Shown: positions 49,901 to 64,000 of the stretch, piece after piece
Layout of the letters: every line of letters begins with the position of its first letter
How positions within the stretch are numbered: position 1 is the first letter of the stretch
Source of the DNA: Octopus sinensis
Lineage: Eukaryota
Direction: 5' to 3'
Assembly: GCF_006345805.1 (NCBI RefSeq)
Contig: NC_043003.1
Coordinates: 30,504,001-30,568,000, forward strand
Length of the DNA stretch: 64,000 bases
The notes under the pieces: model-generated
The model's input: only the letters and a program-made list of their open reading frames with translations
What the model was told of the DNA's origin: nothing
The model's database searches: none
Program-made: the position numbers and the translations under genes

Positions 49901-50847
49901 CATCATCATCATCATCATTTAGCGTCCGCCTTCCATGCTAGCATGGGTTGGACGGTTCAACTGGGGTCTGTGAAGCTGGAAGGCTTCGTCAGGCCCAGTC
50001 AGATCTGGCAGTGTTTCTACGGCTGGATGCCCTTCCTAACACCAACCACTCCGTGAGTGTAGTGGGTGTCTTTTACATGCCACCTGCACAGGTGCCAGAC
50101 AGAGCTGGCAAACGGTGCTTTTACGTGTCACCGGCCCGGGGCCAGGCGATGCTGGCAACAGACACGAACGGATGGTGCTTTTACGTTTTACGTGCCACCG
50201 ACATGGGGCCAGACAGAGTTGGCAAACGGCCACGAACGGACGGTGCTTTTACGTGTCACTGGCACGGGGGCCAGCCAAGGCTGGCAACGGACACGAACGG
50301 ATGGTGCTTTTACATGGCCAGACAGAGCTGGCAAACGGCCACAAATGGACGGTGCTTTTACGTGTCACCAGCACGGGGGCCAGGCGAGGCTGGCAACAGA
50401 CACGAACGGATGGTGCTTTTACGTGCCACCAACACGTGGGCCAGATAGAGCTGGCAAATGGCCACGAGCGAATGGTGCTTTTACGTATCATTGACACGGG
50501 TGCCAGACGAGGCTGGCAGCGGACACGAACGGATGGTTCACTTAACCCCTGCTTTCTGATATATGATTTGGTTTTGATTGTTCTCACTGGTCTTGCCGGG
50601 TCTTCTGACGCACAGCATACTTCCATAGGTCTCGGTCTCTGGTCATTTCCTTGGTGAGACCTAGAGTTCGAAGGTCGTGCTTCACCACCTTGCCCCAGGT
50701 TTTCCTGGGTCTACCTCTTCCACAGGTCCCCTCAACTGCCAGGGTGTGGCACTTTTTCACACACCTATCTTCATCCATTCTCGCCACATGACCATACCAG
50801 TGCAATCGTCTCTCTTGCACACAACATCTGATGCCTCTTAGGTCCAG
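49901..50847 (-). mobile_element. RTE LINE 3' portion with expanded ~50-bp tandem repeat (~50090-50535)
   Basis: ORF 50584-50820(-) WYGHV.RM..RGRPRKTW, (CAT)n at 49901, and repeated ggtgcttttacgtg units. Confidence 0.9.
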
Positions 50848-51699
50848 TAACTATATAAAACAAATTCTTAGTGGGATGCTTTAAAATTGCATTTTTATGT
50901 GGCATCTAGTTACAAAATGTTTTATGTAAGATTACATGCTATGTACTTGGATGCAGTTAAATATAATTTAACATCTATGAGACTTGTGTTGTGCGAATTT
51001 GCTAAAATTAATGTGCTATTCAAAAAAGAAATGTTTGATCACTGTAGCATGAACAGCATAGTTTTACAATATATGGTTACAAGAATTTTGCATACTCAGT
51101 ATGTGAATCTTGAAATGAATTTAGACATTGAGTCATAAACATGCAGTCATGGTTGTATGATTAAGTTTTCTTACTAAGTACATTATTATGAGCTCAGTCA
51201 CACTGCATGGCACCTAGGACCAACCAAAGCCTTGTGAGTAAATTTGCCAAACAAATTGAAAGCCCAGCACATCCATACATGTATGAGTGCTTGTGTCTCC
51301 TGGTCTTATCATGAGATGGTTGTAAACAAGTGTCCCCTTCATAAAGTAGTGATGTTTGTTTTCATTCTTTGGAAATGTGTCAGATCATGGGAAAAAATTA
51401 TTCTGCTTGGAAGCAAGTGAATGCTGGTGACAGGAAAGGCATCCAGTTGTAGAAAATCTACTTTTAAAATACATGACTTTATATATTAGCTGTTTTAACA
51501 GTTTTTAACCAATAAAATTTCATCAAAACAAATTTTCTAAGAAGAAAGCAACACAGAAAAGCTATCTAAGCTAGATGAAACCCTACAGAAGATTAAAAAT
51601 AATTTCTTTGTGAGTTCAAATCCTATTCACCTTTCTTTTGTAGTTCTACCTTTAACTTTGACTGGCCAATCTAAAACTGGGGAAATAGAGAACTAGTGG

Positions 51700-51930
51700 C
51701 TCAAACTGTTGACACACCATTGGAAAAGTATACTAAACAAATTCTTACAGACAAGTTAGAAGCCTGGTGTAGAGCAACAACACTGAAAGATGTAGAGATG
51801 AATCTGGCTTGCTAGATTTGTCATGTGTTGTCTGTTTACAGCATGCCACTAAGCAATTCCTTAGTTGAAAATGTGTTTCAAAGAATAACCTCCATCAAAA
51901 CTAAGTGAAGAAACAGGATGGTTACAATAC
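51700..51930 (+). mobile_element. hAT-like transposase C-terminal remnant
   Basis: SMPLSNSLVENVFQRITSIKTK*RNRM (~51840-51920) resembles the hAT dimerisation motif P.SNA.VER.FS...KT..RNRL. Confidence 0.55.
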
Positions 51931-53865
51931 ACATTCTCTTTTACTCTCTACCCTGTTTTCAGCCTGCAAATTGTGCCAATTCTGCTGGGGGACTGCCATT
52001 TTGTCAGTTTTACAACTAAAACTCAGTAGTTATATTTCTTACTGATTTTGCTTCTAGTGAAGCCACATTGAGAAAGAAATTAATAAAGAGAATGAAATTT
52101 TCAATGCATTAAAATTTAAAGGCATGAATCATAATGACTTCAAATTTTGGTATTTGTTTTATTGACCCTGAAAGGATGAAAGGCAAAGTCGACCTCTAGA
52201 ATTTGAACTTAGAGTGTAAAAATGAACAAAATGTCGCTAAGCATTTTGTCCAGCATGCTAATGATTGTGCCACCTCAGTGCCTTAAAGGTATGAATCTTA
52301 ATGAATATCTTATTCAGTCATCAGCTGTGTTAATTAGAACTGATCTACAGGAAATCCTTATGTTTATATATTTTCAATTTACCAGCTATATTTTTATTCT
52401 GGGCTACTTCCTAATACAATCTGCCACTTTTTATGAACCTGACCTGGTAACTCTGTATTGTGGCAGACCTTAAGAACTGAAACTGAAAGGGAAAGTTTTT
52501 CTTCTTTGAATGCTCCTGTTGTGTGTAAGATTGATATTGTTGAATATTTGCATGTAGTTTGATAAACTTCAAATCTTTATATATTTTAAAACTTTCATTA
52601 TATTTTGAATGAAATAGGCTGCTTTCATTTACATTAATTTTGAAAAGAATTAAGAATTTTGTGAAGCAAATTTTGTCATTTTTAAGCTGGTGTTCAGACC
52701 ACAAATTAACTGAAAATTTTGACGGAAGGTCTCAATTTAGATTACTGTAAATTAGGAAGTTTGTGTTATAGAATCGGGGGCAGTTGCAGTAGTGTTGGTG
52801 CCAAAAGAGTTAATCAAGGTAATATAATTTTTTGATATGTATTGACTATTTGGTGAAAGTTGTTGGTATAAATGCTTCCATGGATATTGGTCACAGAACT
52901 TAATATTAGTTGAGGCAAAGTATGTTAGAAGAGTGTTCTGTATATTGGGTATAATATAATGTGGCCTCACTTATGTAATTTGGTTAACTTAGAGTGACCA
53001 TGCAGTCTGAAGACAAAAGATATCCCTTCCAGTGGGTGTGCAACCTTTTATAAACACCAAAAAAGGGAATAACTAGTAAAATTAAGTTAAAATTTTAGAA
53101 ACCGAAGACTATCAGATATGAGTGGTTATGGTTATTGTTTTTAAAGCCAACAGGTAATAGAAAGGTATATGTTTCAGTTTTATTAGACCTACTCAGCAAT
53201 GCATACTATTTGTTGGTGAGATTTAGAAGTGATCAGTTTACATATAGAAATACTGACTGTATTAACATTTAATATTATTACCCATAAAATGGTTTGGGGA
53301 AATATTTCAGAAAAGCATTTTTCATTCTAGATACATGTGCAGGAAGGTCCTAAAATGTTTTTGTTTTTTTCCTGAACTATATCAATGGGAGATAGCCTAA
53401 ATAGAAACAAATGTTATATTCAGTAATCGAGCATCTGAAAGTTTTTTGCAGTGGAAGATAAAACATCTGATTCAGTTGTATTATGTCCATTATCTGATTT
53501 AGTTGTGTTCTGCTCATTATGCTGGTGCTTAAAAACCTGTATCATTCTAAGTGCACATCTTTAAACGTGTCCATTCCATTTTCTTTTAAAATGTTCAAGC
53601 CATGATCACCATTTTTTTTAAAAGAGCATAACCATCTTACATTCTGAACATGACTCAGCTATTTTGAAATCATTCACACTATGACCATCCCATCCCTTTT
53701 TCCCAGCAGGTTATTTTTCCCTAAGTGCATAACCATTACAATGGTGACTATTTCTATTTTTTGTAACCCAAAATCTGCCTCGTACCACACTGCAATTTTT
53801 TTAAGGACAGCACTGGAGATAATGTAAAGCAGAATGCACTATGCTTTAAAAATAAAAGATGGAAT

Positions 53866-54215
53866 CATCGTTTAACGTCCGTTCTCCATGCTAGCATGGG
53901 TTGGACAGTTCGACCGGGGATCTGGGAAGCCAGAAGGCTGCACCAGGCTCCAGTCTGATCTGGCAATGTTTCTACAGCTGGATGCCCTTCCTAACGCCAA
54001 CCACTCCGTGAGTGTAGTGGGTGCTTTTTACGTGCCACCTGCACAGGTGCCAGGCGAGGCTGGCAACGGCCACGGTCGGATTGGTGTGTTTTACGTGCCA
54101 CCAGCACGGAAGCCAGTCGAGGCGGCGCTGGCATTGGCCACGAGTCGGATAGTGCTTTTTACGTACCACCAGACCAGGGATCCTGGCTGGTTCAATTCGA
54201 TTTCGATTGCTTTTA
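53866..54215 (-). mobile_element. RTE 3' UTR fragment
   Basis: Near-identical to 645-1000. Confidence 0.88.
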
Positions 54216-54329
54216 AATAACTAGTAACAGCAGTACATACACATTAGTGTGTGGGAGTACTACAGTCAACTATGCTAGCAATAGCAGCTACATCTTTGTC
54301 AACACTAATTAGTTATGTTGAATCCTGAA

Positions 54330-54800
54330 TTTATCTGATAAACTCCATTTTTTAATTATTACTAAATGCTTTCTGCGCTGTGCTTTTGAGAGTCTAAAGT
54401 AGGACATTGCCAATTCTACTGCAAAAGCAACTGATCCTGCCATGCTGCTGGTAGTTGAGACCATTGCTTCAGATCATGCTATTGCTGCCATTCTATGTCC
54501 TATGCCAATCAGGATACCCAGTGGCTTTCTATTCAAGAATACTTTTAGCTTGTGACCAAAGACATTCTTCTATGGAAACAATCCTACGCTATTCTATGTA
54601 GAATCTTTAAAGAAGTGGACACACTATCTACTTAACTACTAATTCTAGTTGGTAACAAATCAGAAATCAGTTACCTTCGTGTTTTATAATAGATGGAAGA
54701 GTAAAATAAAGAATGTAAAAACAAATTTTGTCTGTTTTCAATATGATATAACTGATAGGTCAAGGAAGGACAATGCTGCTGCTGACTCTCTATCCTTGGT
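54330..54800 (+). mobile_element. Gypsy-type pol remnant (RNase H)
   Basis: VETIASDHAIAAIL..GYPVAFYSR..KKWTHYL..LVTNQKSV..FQYDI..N.AADSLS in broken frames. Confidence 0.75.
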
Positions 54801-54859
54801 TTGGTGTTGTTTAGCTGTTGCTCTTTTCTGAGCTGAACTCCATCCTGTATACTCCTGAT

Positions 54860-55260
54860 ACTTTTTAAGCTCCAAAGGAGTACTGTGAAGCAGTATTTAA
54901 CATTAGACTGCTCACTAAGAAGCAACTGCAATGCCAGTCTAATCTCATCAACTTCAAAAGAGGCCTTTGTATTTGGCATGATGGTTTGCAGTAGGTGGTG
55001 AAGAATTGCAACTTTGACAACAACTGCATTGAAGTAATCCAAGCACTGCATGAAAACTCAATCCATGCAGTTCTCCTGAACAACAACATCAAAGAATTCT
55101 TCAGGGCAGCAGTGGGTGTTCAATAAGGATGTATCCTCTCTTCAGTGCTTTTCAACATCATGCAGGAGACACTCGAAGACTACCACTCCTCTGTTTCCAT
55201 GAGAGGACATCCCATTTCCAACCTACAGAACTATGGAAGCTCACCACCACGCTGTGCCTA
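54860..55260 (+). mobile_element. LINE RT remnant (RTE-like)
   Basis: INFKRG..IWHDGL and GVQ*GCILS..LFNI motifs. Confidence 0.6.
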
Positions 55261-55286
55261 TGATAGAAAGGATTATTATTAAGTTG

Positions 55287-55500
55287 ATGAGCTAGCAGAA
55301 TGGTTACCATGGTGGACAAAATGCTTAGTGGCATTTCTTCCATCTTTACTGTCTGAGTTTAAATACCACCAAGGTCAGCTTTGTCTTTCATCCTTATCTG
55401 GTTGATAAAATAAGTACCCATTGAGTACTGGGGTTGATGTAATAAACTACTCATTTTCCCAAATTTCAGGCCTTGTACCTATGGTAGAAAGTATTATTAT
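55287..55500 (+). mobile_element. SINE (family 2, Meta-domain-like core)
   Basis: gagctagcagaat..aaatgcttagtggcattt..tttcatcc..gataaaataagtacc..(TTA)n. Domain name is an inference. Confidence 0.7.
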
Positions 55501-57067
55501 TAATAATCCACATTATCTATCTAACATATAACTGATCAATTGTGTGAGTTTGGTAATAACAGAAATCTTTGGGGTTGTCATAATATCTACAGAAGTGAAA
55601 TCATCAAAACACAATTTCAGAAAAGTTGATATTTAATAGTTTTATTTGATTTTCATAACGGTTTTGGTTTGTAGTATTTTATGTACTGTGCATTGTTAAT
55701 GGTAATTCATCCAAATAAGTTCTACTGAATGATTTCTTTAGAAATAATAACTAATAAGAAGAAGAAATACTGTACTGTAGTATTGACTCTGTATTTATCT
55801 CATTTACCTATTTATTTCATCTGATGTCTCCAAAGACAAATCTGAAAAGATTCTTCAGAGAACTATGTGACAAATGCTAAATGGTTGGAAAATAAAATGT
55901 CATGTTTTTATTCAACACAAATTAGTGATTAAATTCATAAAAACAAATAAAGGCTGGTAGACAATTTTAAGAAATTTAAATGATAAATTCAATTATTCAT
56001 ATATTTATTGTCCTCATCATTTTGCATCTACTTTTCATAATGTCATTGTTTGGAATTACTTTTCTCTTAGGCTGGAGAGCTTTGTCTCTTGCATTTCAGT
56101 TTTGGCATGGTTTCTATGTCTGGATACCCTTCCTATCACAAAGTGTACTGGATGCATTTTATTGTGGCACCAGCACTCGACAAGTTGTACGTTCATAACA
56201 AAATGAAAGTATCTTATTGACTACCACATCCTCATTTTACAGTGTATTGAGTGGATTTTATCGTGGGATTAACTGGAGTTGCCTTGTATTACATAAAATT
56301 AAAGAATCCTCACTACGTTGTGGCATGTTCATTCACTCAGGACAATGTGACTGAGATGAATAGAAGAGAGTGATGACAGAAGAAGCAGGATGGGGGTAGA
56401 AACAGACTGAGTGAATGGTAGAGGAAGGGAGCAAGTTATAGTTAGTAAAGGAAGTGGACAAACAGTAGGTGTGAATATTGGATGCCAATAACAGTGGCCT
56501 GGAGAAAATGGAGTGGTGACCAGAAGTATAGAAAGTGTCATGTGGTGCGTGCAGATCTGATACAATTCCTTATACATGTCTTGTGACGGGCAAGAAATGG
56601 AGTTATAAGGATGTAAGAGGTTAAGTTGTTAGAGAAATGGGCAAATCAGATAGGTTCAATGACATCTCTAGTTACATTCGAAGTTATGGTACAATGAATA
56701 GGGGAGATGCACTGGCAGTAGTGTACAGTCAAAGTGAAAAGAAGAGGATGGATAACGATAAGTGGTAGAGGGAAGAGCGTTAGAAAGATGAGAAGGTATC
56801 AAAGAGGAGGGCAAGATGATAGCTATATATGTGTTATGCCTGCAGGCTAATAAGAGGCATAATATATATATATATTTGTATTTTACACATAAAATGATAC
56901 ATTTAGCTTTAAAAATGCATTTTTATTTATATTACATTAAACCATTAGAAATGAAAATTTCACTATTTTCAAAATTGATCCCCAACTCCTTTGTAAGTTG
57001 TACAAGAATATATTTAAAATTTTAACATGCAGTACTTTGCTGCACTTTCATCATCATCATCATTAAT

Positions 57068-57982
57068 AAGGTGGCAAGCTAGCAGAATCGTTAGCTGGGC
57101 AAAATGCTTAGCAGTATTTCATCCATCTTTATGTTCTGTGTTCAAATTTCGCCAAGGTCGGCTTTGCCTTTCATTGTTGCCTGGTTAATAAATTAAGTAC
57201 CAGTGAAATACTAGGGTCAATGTAATCAACTAGTCCCCTATTCCCAAATTTCAGGCCTTGTGCCTTTAGAAATTACTATTATTATTACGTTTATATATTT
57301 GTTGTGCAAGATTTTGCCAGTTTAGCCAATAAAAACACACGCACTACATATGACAGTTAGTAAAGAGAGATACAAATAAGAAAGAAGAAAACAAAGGACC
57401 ACTGATGCAGTCACAGGAGTGTTACGAAAGAACTCAGGCTGAAATAAGATTAAGATTAATGTAAAAAATAAATAACACCAAATATATAGTGCGTGTGTTT
57501 TTATTGGCTAAACTGGCAAAATGACCATTCTGAAATATAACAATATTATTATTATTGTTATTAAGGTGACGCAGAATCATTAGCACACCAGGTAAAATGC
57601 TTAGCAGCATTTTGTCTGTCTTTATGCTCTGAGTTCAAACTGCACCAGGGTTGACTTTGCCTTTCATCCTTTCGGGGACGATAAAATAAGTACCAGTTGA
57701 ACACTGGGGTTGATGTAATTGACTAATCCCCTCCCCCCAAATTTCAGGCCTTGTGCCTTTAGTAGAGAGGATCATTTTTATTATTAAAGGTGGTGAGCTG
57801 GTAGAATTGTTAGCACTCCAGGCAAAATGCTTAGTGGCATTTCATCTGTCTTTATGTTCTGAGTTCAAATTCCACTGGGGTCAACTTTGCCTCTCGTACT
57901 TTTGGGGTTGATGGAATCAACTAGCCCCTTCCGCAGAAATTGATGGCCTGTGTCAAAATTTGAAATCATCATTATTATTATT
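57068..57982 (+). mobile_element. Three head-to-tail family-2 SINE copies (~57068-57285, 57563-57785, 57788-57982)
   Basis: Repeated aaggtgg..gcagaatcgttagc..caaaatgcttag head, each copy ending in (TTA)n. Confidence 0.8.
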
Positions 57983-58185
57983 ATTTAACATATTAACATC
58001 TTTTTTCCATGCTGGCATGGGTTGGAAAGTTTGACAGGAGATGGTCAGCTGGAGAGCTACCAATACTCCATGTCTGTTTGTGAATTACAATAAAATAGAT
58101 TTCAAGCAAATTTTTATTCTTTGAATATGAATGAGAATGGTTATTAAAAATAAAAGTTCTTTGCTTTTTGGAATTGATTGAAATA

Positions 58186-58970
58186 TAGCTGCTAGAATAA
58201 GAATAGCCAGGGCGAAGTTCAGAGAGGTCTTACCTCTGCTGGTGACAAAGAGCCTCTCACTCAGAGTAAAAGATAGACTGTATGACGCATGTGTACGAAC
58301 AGCCATGCTACATGGCAGTGAAACTTGCGCCATGACTGCTGAGGACATGCGTAAGCTCGCAAGGAATGAAGCCAGTATGCTCTGATGGATGTGTAATGTC
58401 AGTGTGCATACTTAACAGAGTGTAAGTACCTCTCTCTCTCCTTCTCCTGCACTTCCCTCAGGTTGGGTAACCATGTATTTCCTTTGTGACAGCGCACCAG
58501 TTTCTGTCATCACTCCTGATCTCTCTCTCTTTCCAGCTGGGTAACCTTGTACTTCCTCTACAAGACACTAGTTTCTGTCTCTGTCTCACTATAACCTTTC
58601 ATCATCTGATACACGATCACTTCCTCCAATCCCCCCTCCCCTCTCAAAAGGTGTTTTTTTTTTGTCTTGCAAATACTTGGTGACCCAGTCAGTGCAGGTG
58701 CCACTTAAAAGTACCCATCCACACTGTCAAGTGGTTGGTGTTTGGAAGGGCATCCAGCCATAAAAACCTTGACAAAACTGACCTCGCCTGTGCTTGTGCC
58801 ACATAAAAAGCACTAAGTCAACTCTGCTGAATGGTTGATGTTAAGACGGGCATCCAGCTGTAAAAACCCTGCCAAAACAGTTGTAGAAGTCTGGCGCAGG
58901 CTTCTGCCTGGTCAATTTTTGTCAAACCATTCCACCCATGCCAGCATAGAAGGTGGACATTAAACGATAA
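58186..58970 (+). mobile_element. RTE fragments (ORF piece 58186-58430, 3' UTR ~58670-58970)
   Basis: Homology to 48240-48485 and to the RTE 3' end. Confidence 0.75.
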
Positions 58971-59036
58971 TGATAGACAACGAAAGTTTGGACCAAATGA
59001 AGAAATGTATTTTGTATATTATGCTGTTTTATTCGG

Positions 59037-59422
59037 TGTGCATGTGTAGTGAAGTTTGTTTCCCAACCACATGGTTTCAAGTTGAACCCCACTATATAGC
59101 ACCTTGGGTAAGTGTCTTCTACTATAGCACTGGGCTGACCAAAACTTTGTGAGTAGATTTGCTAAACAGAAACTGAAAGAAGCTTGCTGTGTGTGTGTGT
59201 GTGTGTTTATATCTCCTTGATTTCAAATCACATGATTGTTGAAAAGAATGTTATTCCCTTCCAGTATTCTGCAAAAACATATTGGACCATGGAAAAACAT
59301 TACCTTGCTTAGACACAATTAAGGACTAGTGAAAGGTAAGGCAGCTGGCCTTAGAAAATCTGCTACAGCAAAAGCCATCTGACTCATGCAAGCATGGAAA
59401 AGTGGATGTTAAAATAATGATG
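59037..59422 (+). mobile_element. SINE (family 1)
   Basis: Head, ttgggtaagtgtcttctactatagc core and RTE-like tail. Confidence 0.7.
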
Positions 59423-59997
59423 AGGATAAAGAGATAATAATTGTAGGATTTTCTAAAACTGTTCAACAGAATGTGATATTGTGGCCAGTCTATATAGCTT
59501 TCCTTTGTTCTGCTATAGTCCCGACTATTTCTTGATATTCTAATTTTCAATATCTGTGTCAAGTATTTTCTCTCCCATAGTCTTTGTTAACACTGTATTG
59601 TTCCTTATGTCAGGTTACTTGATGACATTGAGATAAAAACACCCTGAAGATTATCAACATATTTATCAACTTTTGAAGACTGAAAATGTCATCTATTACT
59701 ATAATTTTGCATTGAATATGAAATATTTCCCAGAAAATGTTCTGTACATATTTAACCTAAGAAGATTTTTCATGATGCTTTATCTGTCTTATGCATAAAA
59801 ACATACATATATGGATATATATCTTATATTTGGAGTTATTTTAATGATCCTTTAGCAGCTGGTTTTTACAAAATTCTATCCTAAGGAAACCTCTTGAAAG
59901 TATTTCCTACAGTCTGAGATATAACTACAAAAGCCAATATTCTGGAACAACAATAATCTTTGCAATTTATAATAGGAATATTTCTAAGAAATCAGAG

Positions 59998-61790
<1,793 letters not shown>

Positions 61791-62903
61791 TTACAATTAA
61801 ATATTTTTGAGAAATATTTAATTATGTAAGCACAGATTGCTTGTTAACTCTGAAGGCATGTCACTGTCATTTAAAAAATATGCCTACATACAAGGATTTA
61901 TTTTACCAGGCAAAATGCTTAGTGGCATTTCATCTGTCTTTATGTTCTGAGTTCAAGTAGGTATCAATTCATCTCACAGACAATACAAACAGGTGATTTT
62001 GTAAAACCGATACCCCTGTGATAAATAATATTAAATATTTAGTTGTAATACTTCATTTTACCTTCATAAATGTATTCATTTAGAGAATTATCTCAGATAA
62101 AAAAAAATGATTGACAGCTATTATATAGTGTCATATCATGTATGACCATAATATATATTTTTGTGAAATGGTATATTCTATGTCTAAAAGTTAATCTACA
62201 AACAAATAGACAAGCCATATCATAAAACAATATCTAAGCTACAATAGAAGTGCATTAGTTAACTTCCTTGTTAACATCCATTATGTATTAGAAAATAGAG
62301 CCATACAAAATAATTATCTCAGAATTACAATGAAAACATAAAACATCAATTTCTGTTGTTCTTATCTTTGTAAAATGTGAATTATCATTGATCTGAACAT
62401 AGTGTTTATTATCTACAATTAATCGTTTTATCTGTAACAGATGCATGAATATTGCTGAAAGTTGTCATAGACAAAACTGAAATACAACAAATCTGGGATG
62501 TGCAGAAGAATATCAAGGATATCATGGACAGAACATCAAAATGTTAAAGATAAACAGAATTTTGGGATTTACCATTGCTGAAGTATATTATGAATACTTT
62601 GAAAATATGAGATGCAGTACAGTATTAGATAGGAAAGATAAATGGAAACAGGGGAGAGACTAGAAAATACATGAATAGACAATATCAAAGAGTGGATTGA
62701 GTTAAACTGGTAATGTCATTATAAGAATGGAATGAAATGGGACAGAATGGTTATTTGTGATAGTTGACCTGTATATGTGGAATATCATCTGCATATGTTA
62801 TTTCAGTGTGATTTTCTGTGTATATTATCTCTACTGTTTAGTGTATACAACTTCTGTGTGACATTTTCTATGTGTATTACCTTTGTCATATTTTCTGTAT
62901 ATT

Positions 62904-63248
62904 GCACAGGCATGGTTGTGTGGTAAGAAGTTTTCTTCCCAACTATATGGTTCTGGGTTTAGTCCCACTGTAAGGCACCTAGGGGAAAGTGTGTTCTACT
63001 ATAGATCCAGGCTGACCAAAGCTTTGTGAGTAGATTTGGTAGACAGAAACTATAAAAAGTCTTGTCACATAAATATACTTGTTCCCCACCACTGCTTGGC
63101 TACTAGTATTGGTTTGTTTATGTGCCTTAAGTTAGCAGTTCAGCAAAAAGAAACTTAGAATAAGTACCAGGCTTAATAAAAAAAAAAAGTACTGGGGTCA
63201 ATTAAACCAATCAAGTGGTTCAATGACTGAGATTAGTAAAAGATAAAG
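62904..63248 (+). mobile_element. SINE (family 1), near full length
   Basis: Colinear with 13844-14241. Confidence 0.8.
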
Positions 63249-64000
63249 GATATAGCCTTAGAGTGATATATTTTGTATATATAACCTCAGTGATATTTAC
63301 TCTATATTTATGTGTATTTTCTCTGTATATATTACCTTAATGTAATATTTTCTTTAAAACAAAATTGAAGCCTCATCCTGTATTTACTATATCTAATAGT
63401 GAAAATGGCTCATGTTAGTTATAAAGACTTACTGACCTGCAGAGAATGTGAATAAAACTATTATAAAATGTTACTGATTTTTTTGTGATCACATTTTATA
63501 TGGAAATATTGAATAAACAAAAAATTGTGACAACTACAGCTTTTTAAAAAAAAGAAAACTTTGATTAAACTTTTTCATATAATATCTTTCTCAACTATAG
63601 AAACGCTTGCATATAAGAGATATTATGCAGAAGAAAGCTAAGCAAGTGCATCTACATTAACAAGTAGGTATCAATTCATCTCACAGACAATACAAACAGT
63701 TACTTCTTTTTAAATATACCCACACTATATCAAGTTAACTTATTACATTGATATGCCACACTTGAGGTCATCCTGGGAGTCTTCTCCATTTATTGTCAAT
63801 CTCAAGTCCATAATGCTAACGTTTCACTCTCATATAACATAATAATCCTGACATGAAGCATGAATACTGACTCTCTCAATATTACTTGACAACTACATTG
63901 ATATTAAATATTTGTTATCTTTATATTTCATTTGTTTATAGGTCATTGTAGATAACCATTCTGTCACATCTCATTTTTATAGTGTAATTGTATCCATTCT

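Overview
AT-rich, repeat-dense eukaryotic DNA, most likely a coleoid cephalopod such as Octopus (inferred from the SINE/RTE repertoire and the gene type; not verified). The window covers part of a tandem cluster of C2H2 zinc-finger genes with single-exon CDSs and no KRAB/SCAN domain. It holds the C-terminal tail of one gene (3-41), three intact paralogues (A 16265-17422 +, B 30441-31523 -, C 46046-46894 +) and one pseudogene (D ~59998-61790 +). A, B and C each have a homologous upstream cassette (ETS site, ~260-nt putative non-coding exon 1, GTAAGTATC donor), and A, B and D share a homologous acceptor. The rest is mostly decayed transposons: RTE and CR1 LINEs, tRNA-derived SINEs, a Penelope-like element, and piggyBac, Merlin-like, pogo, mariner, Chapaev3-like, hAT and Gypsy relics. 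The most unusual signals are an LTR-like element ending in four tandem tRNA-Trp primer-binding-site units, a hammerhead-ribozyme-like motif beside the Penelope element, the duplicated promoter/uORF cassette, and nested or templated insertions. All calls are by eye, and most repeat boundaries are approximate.
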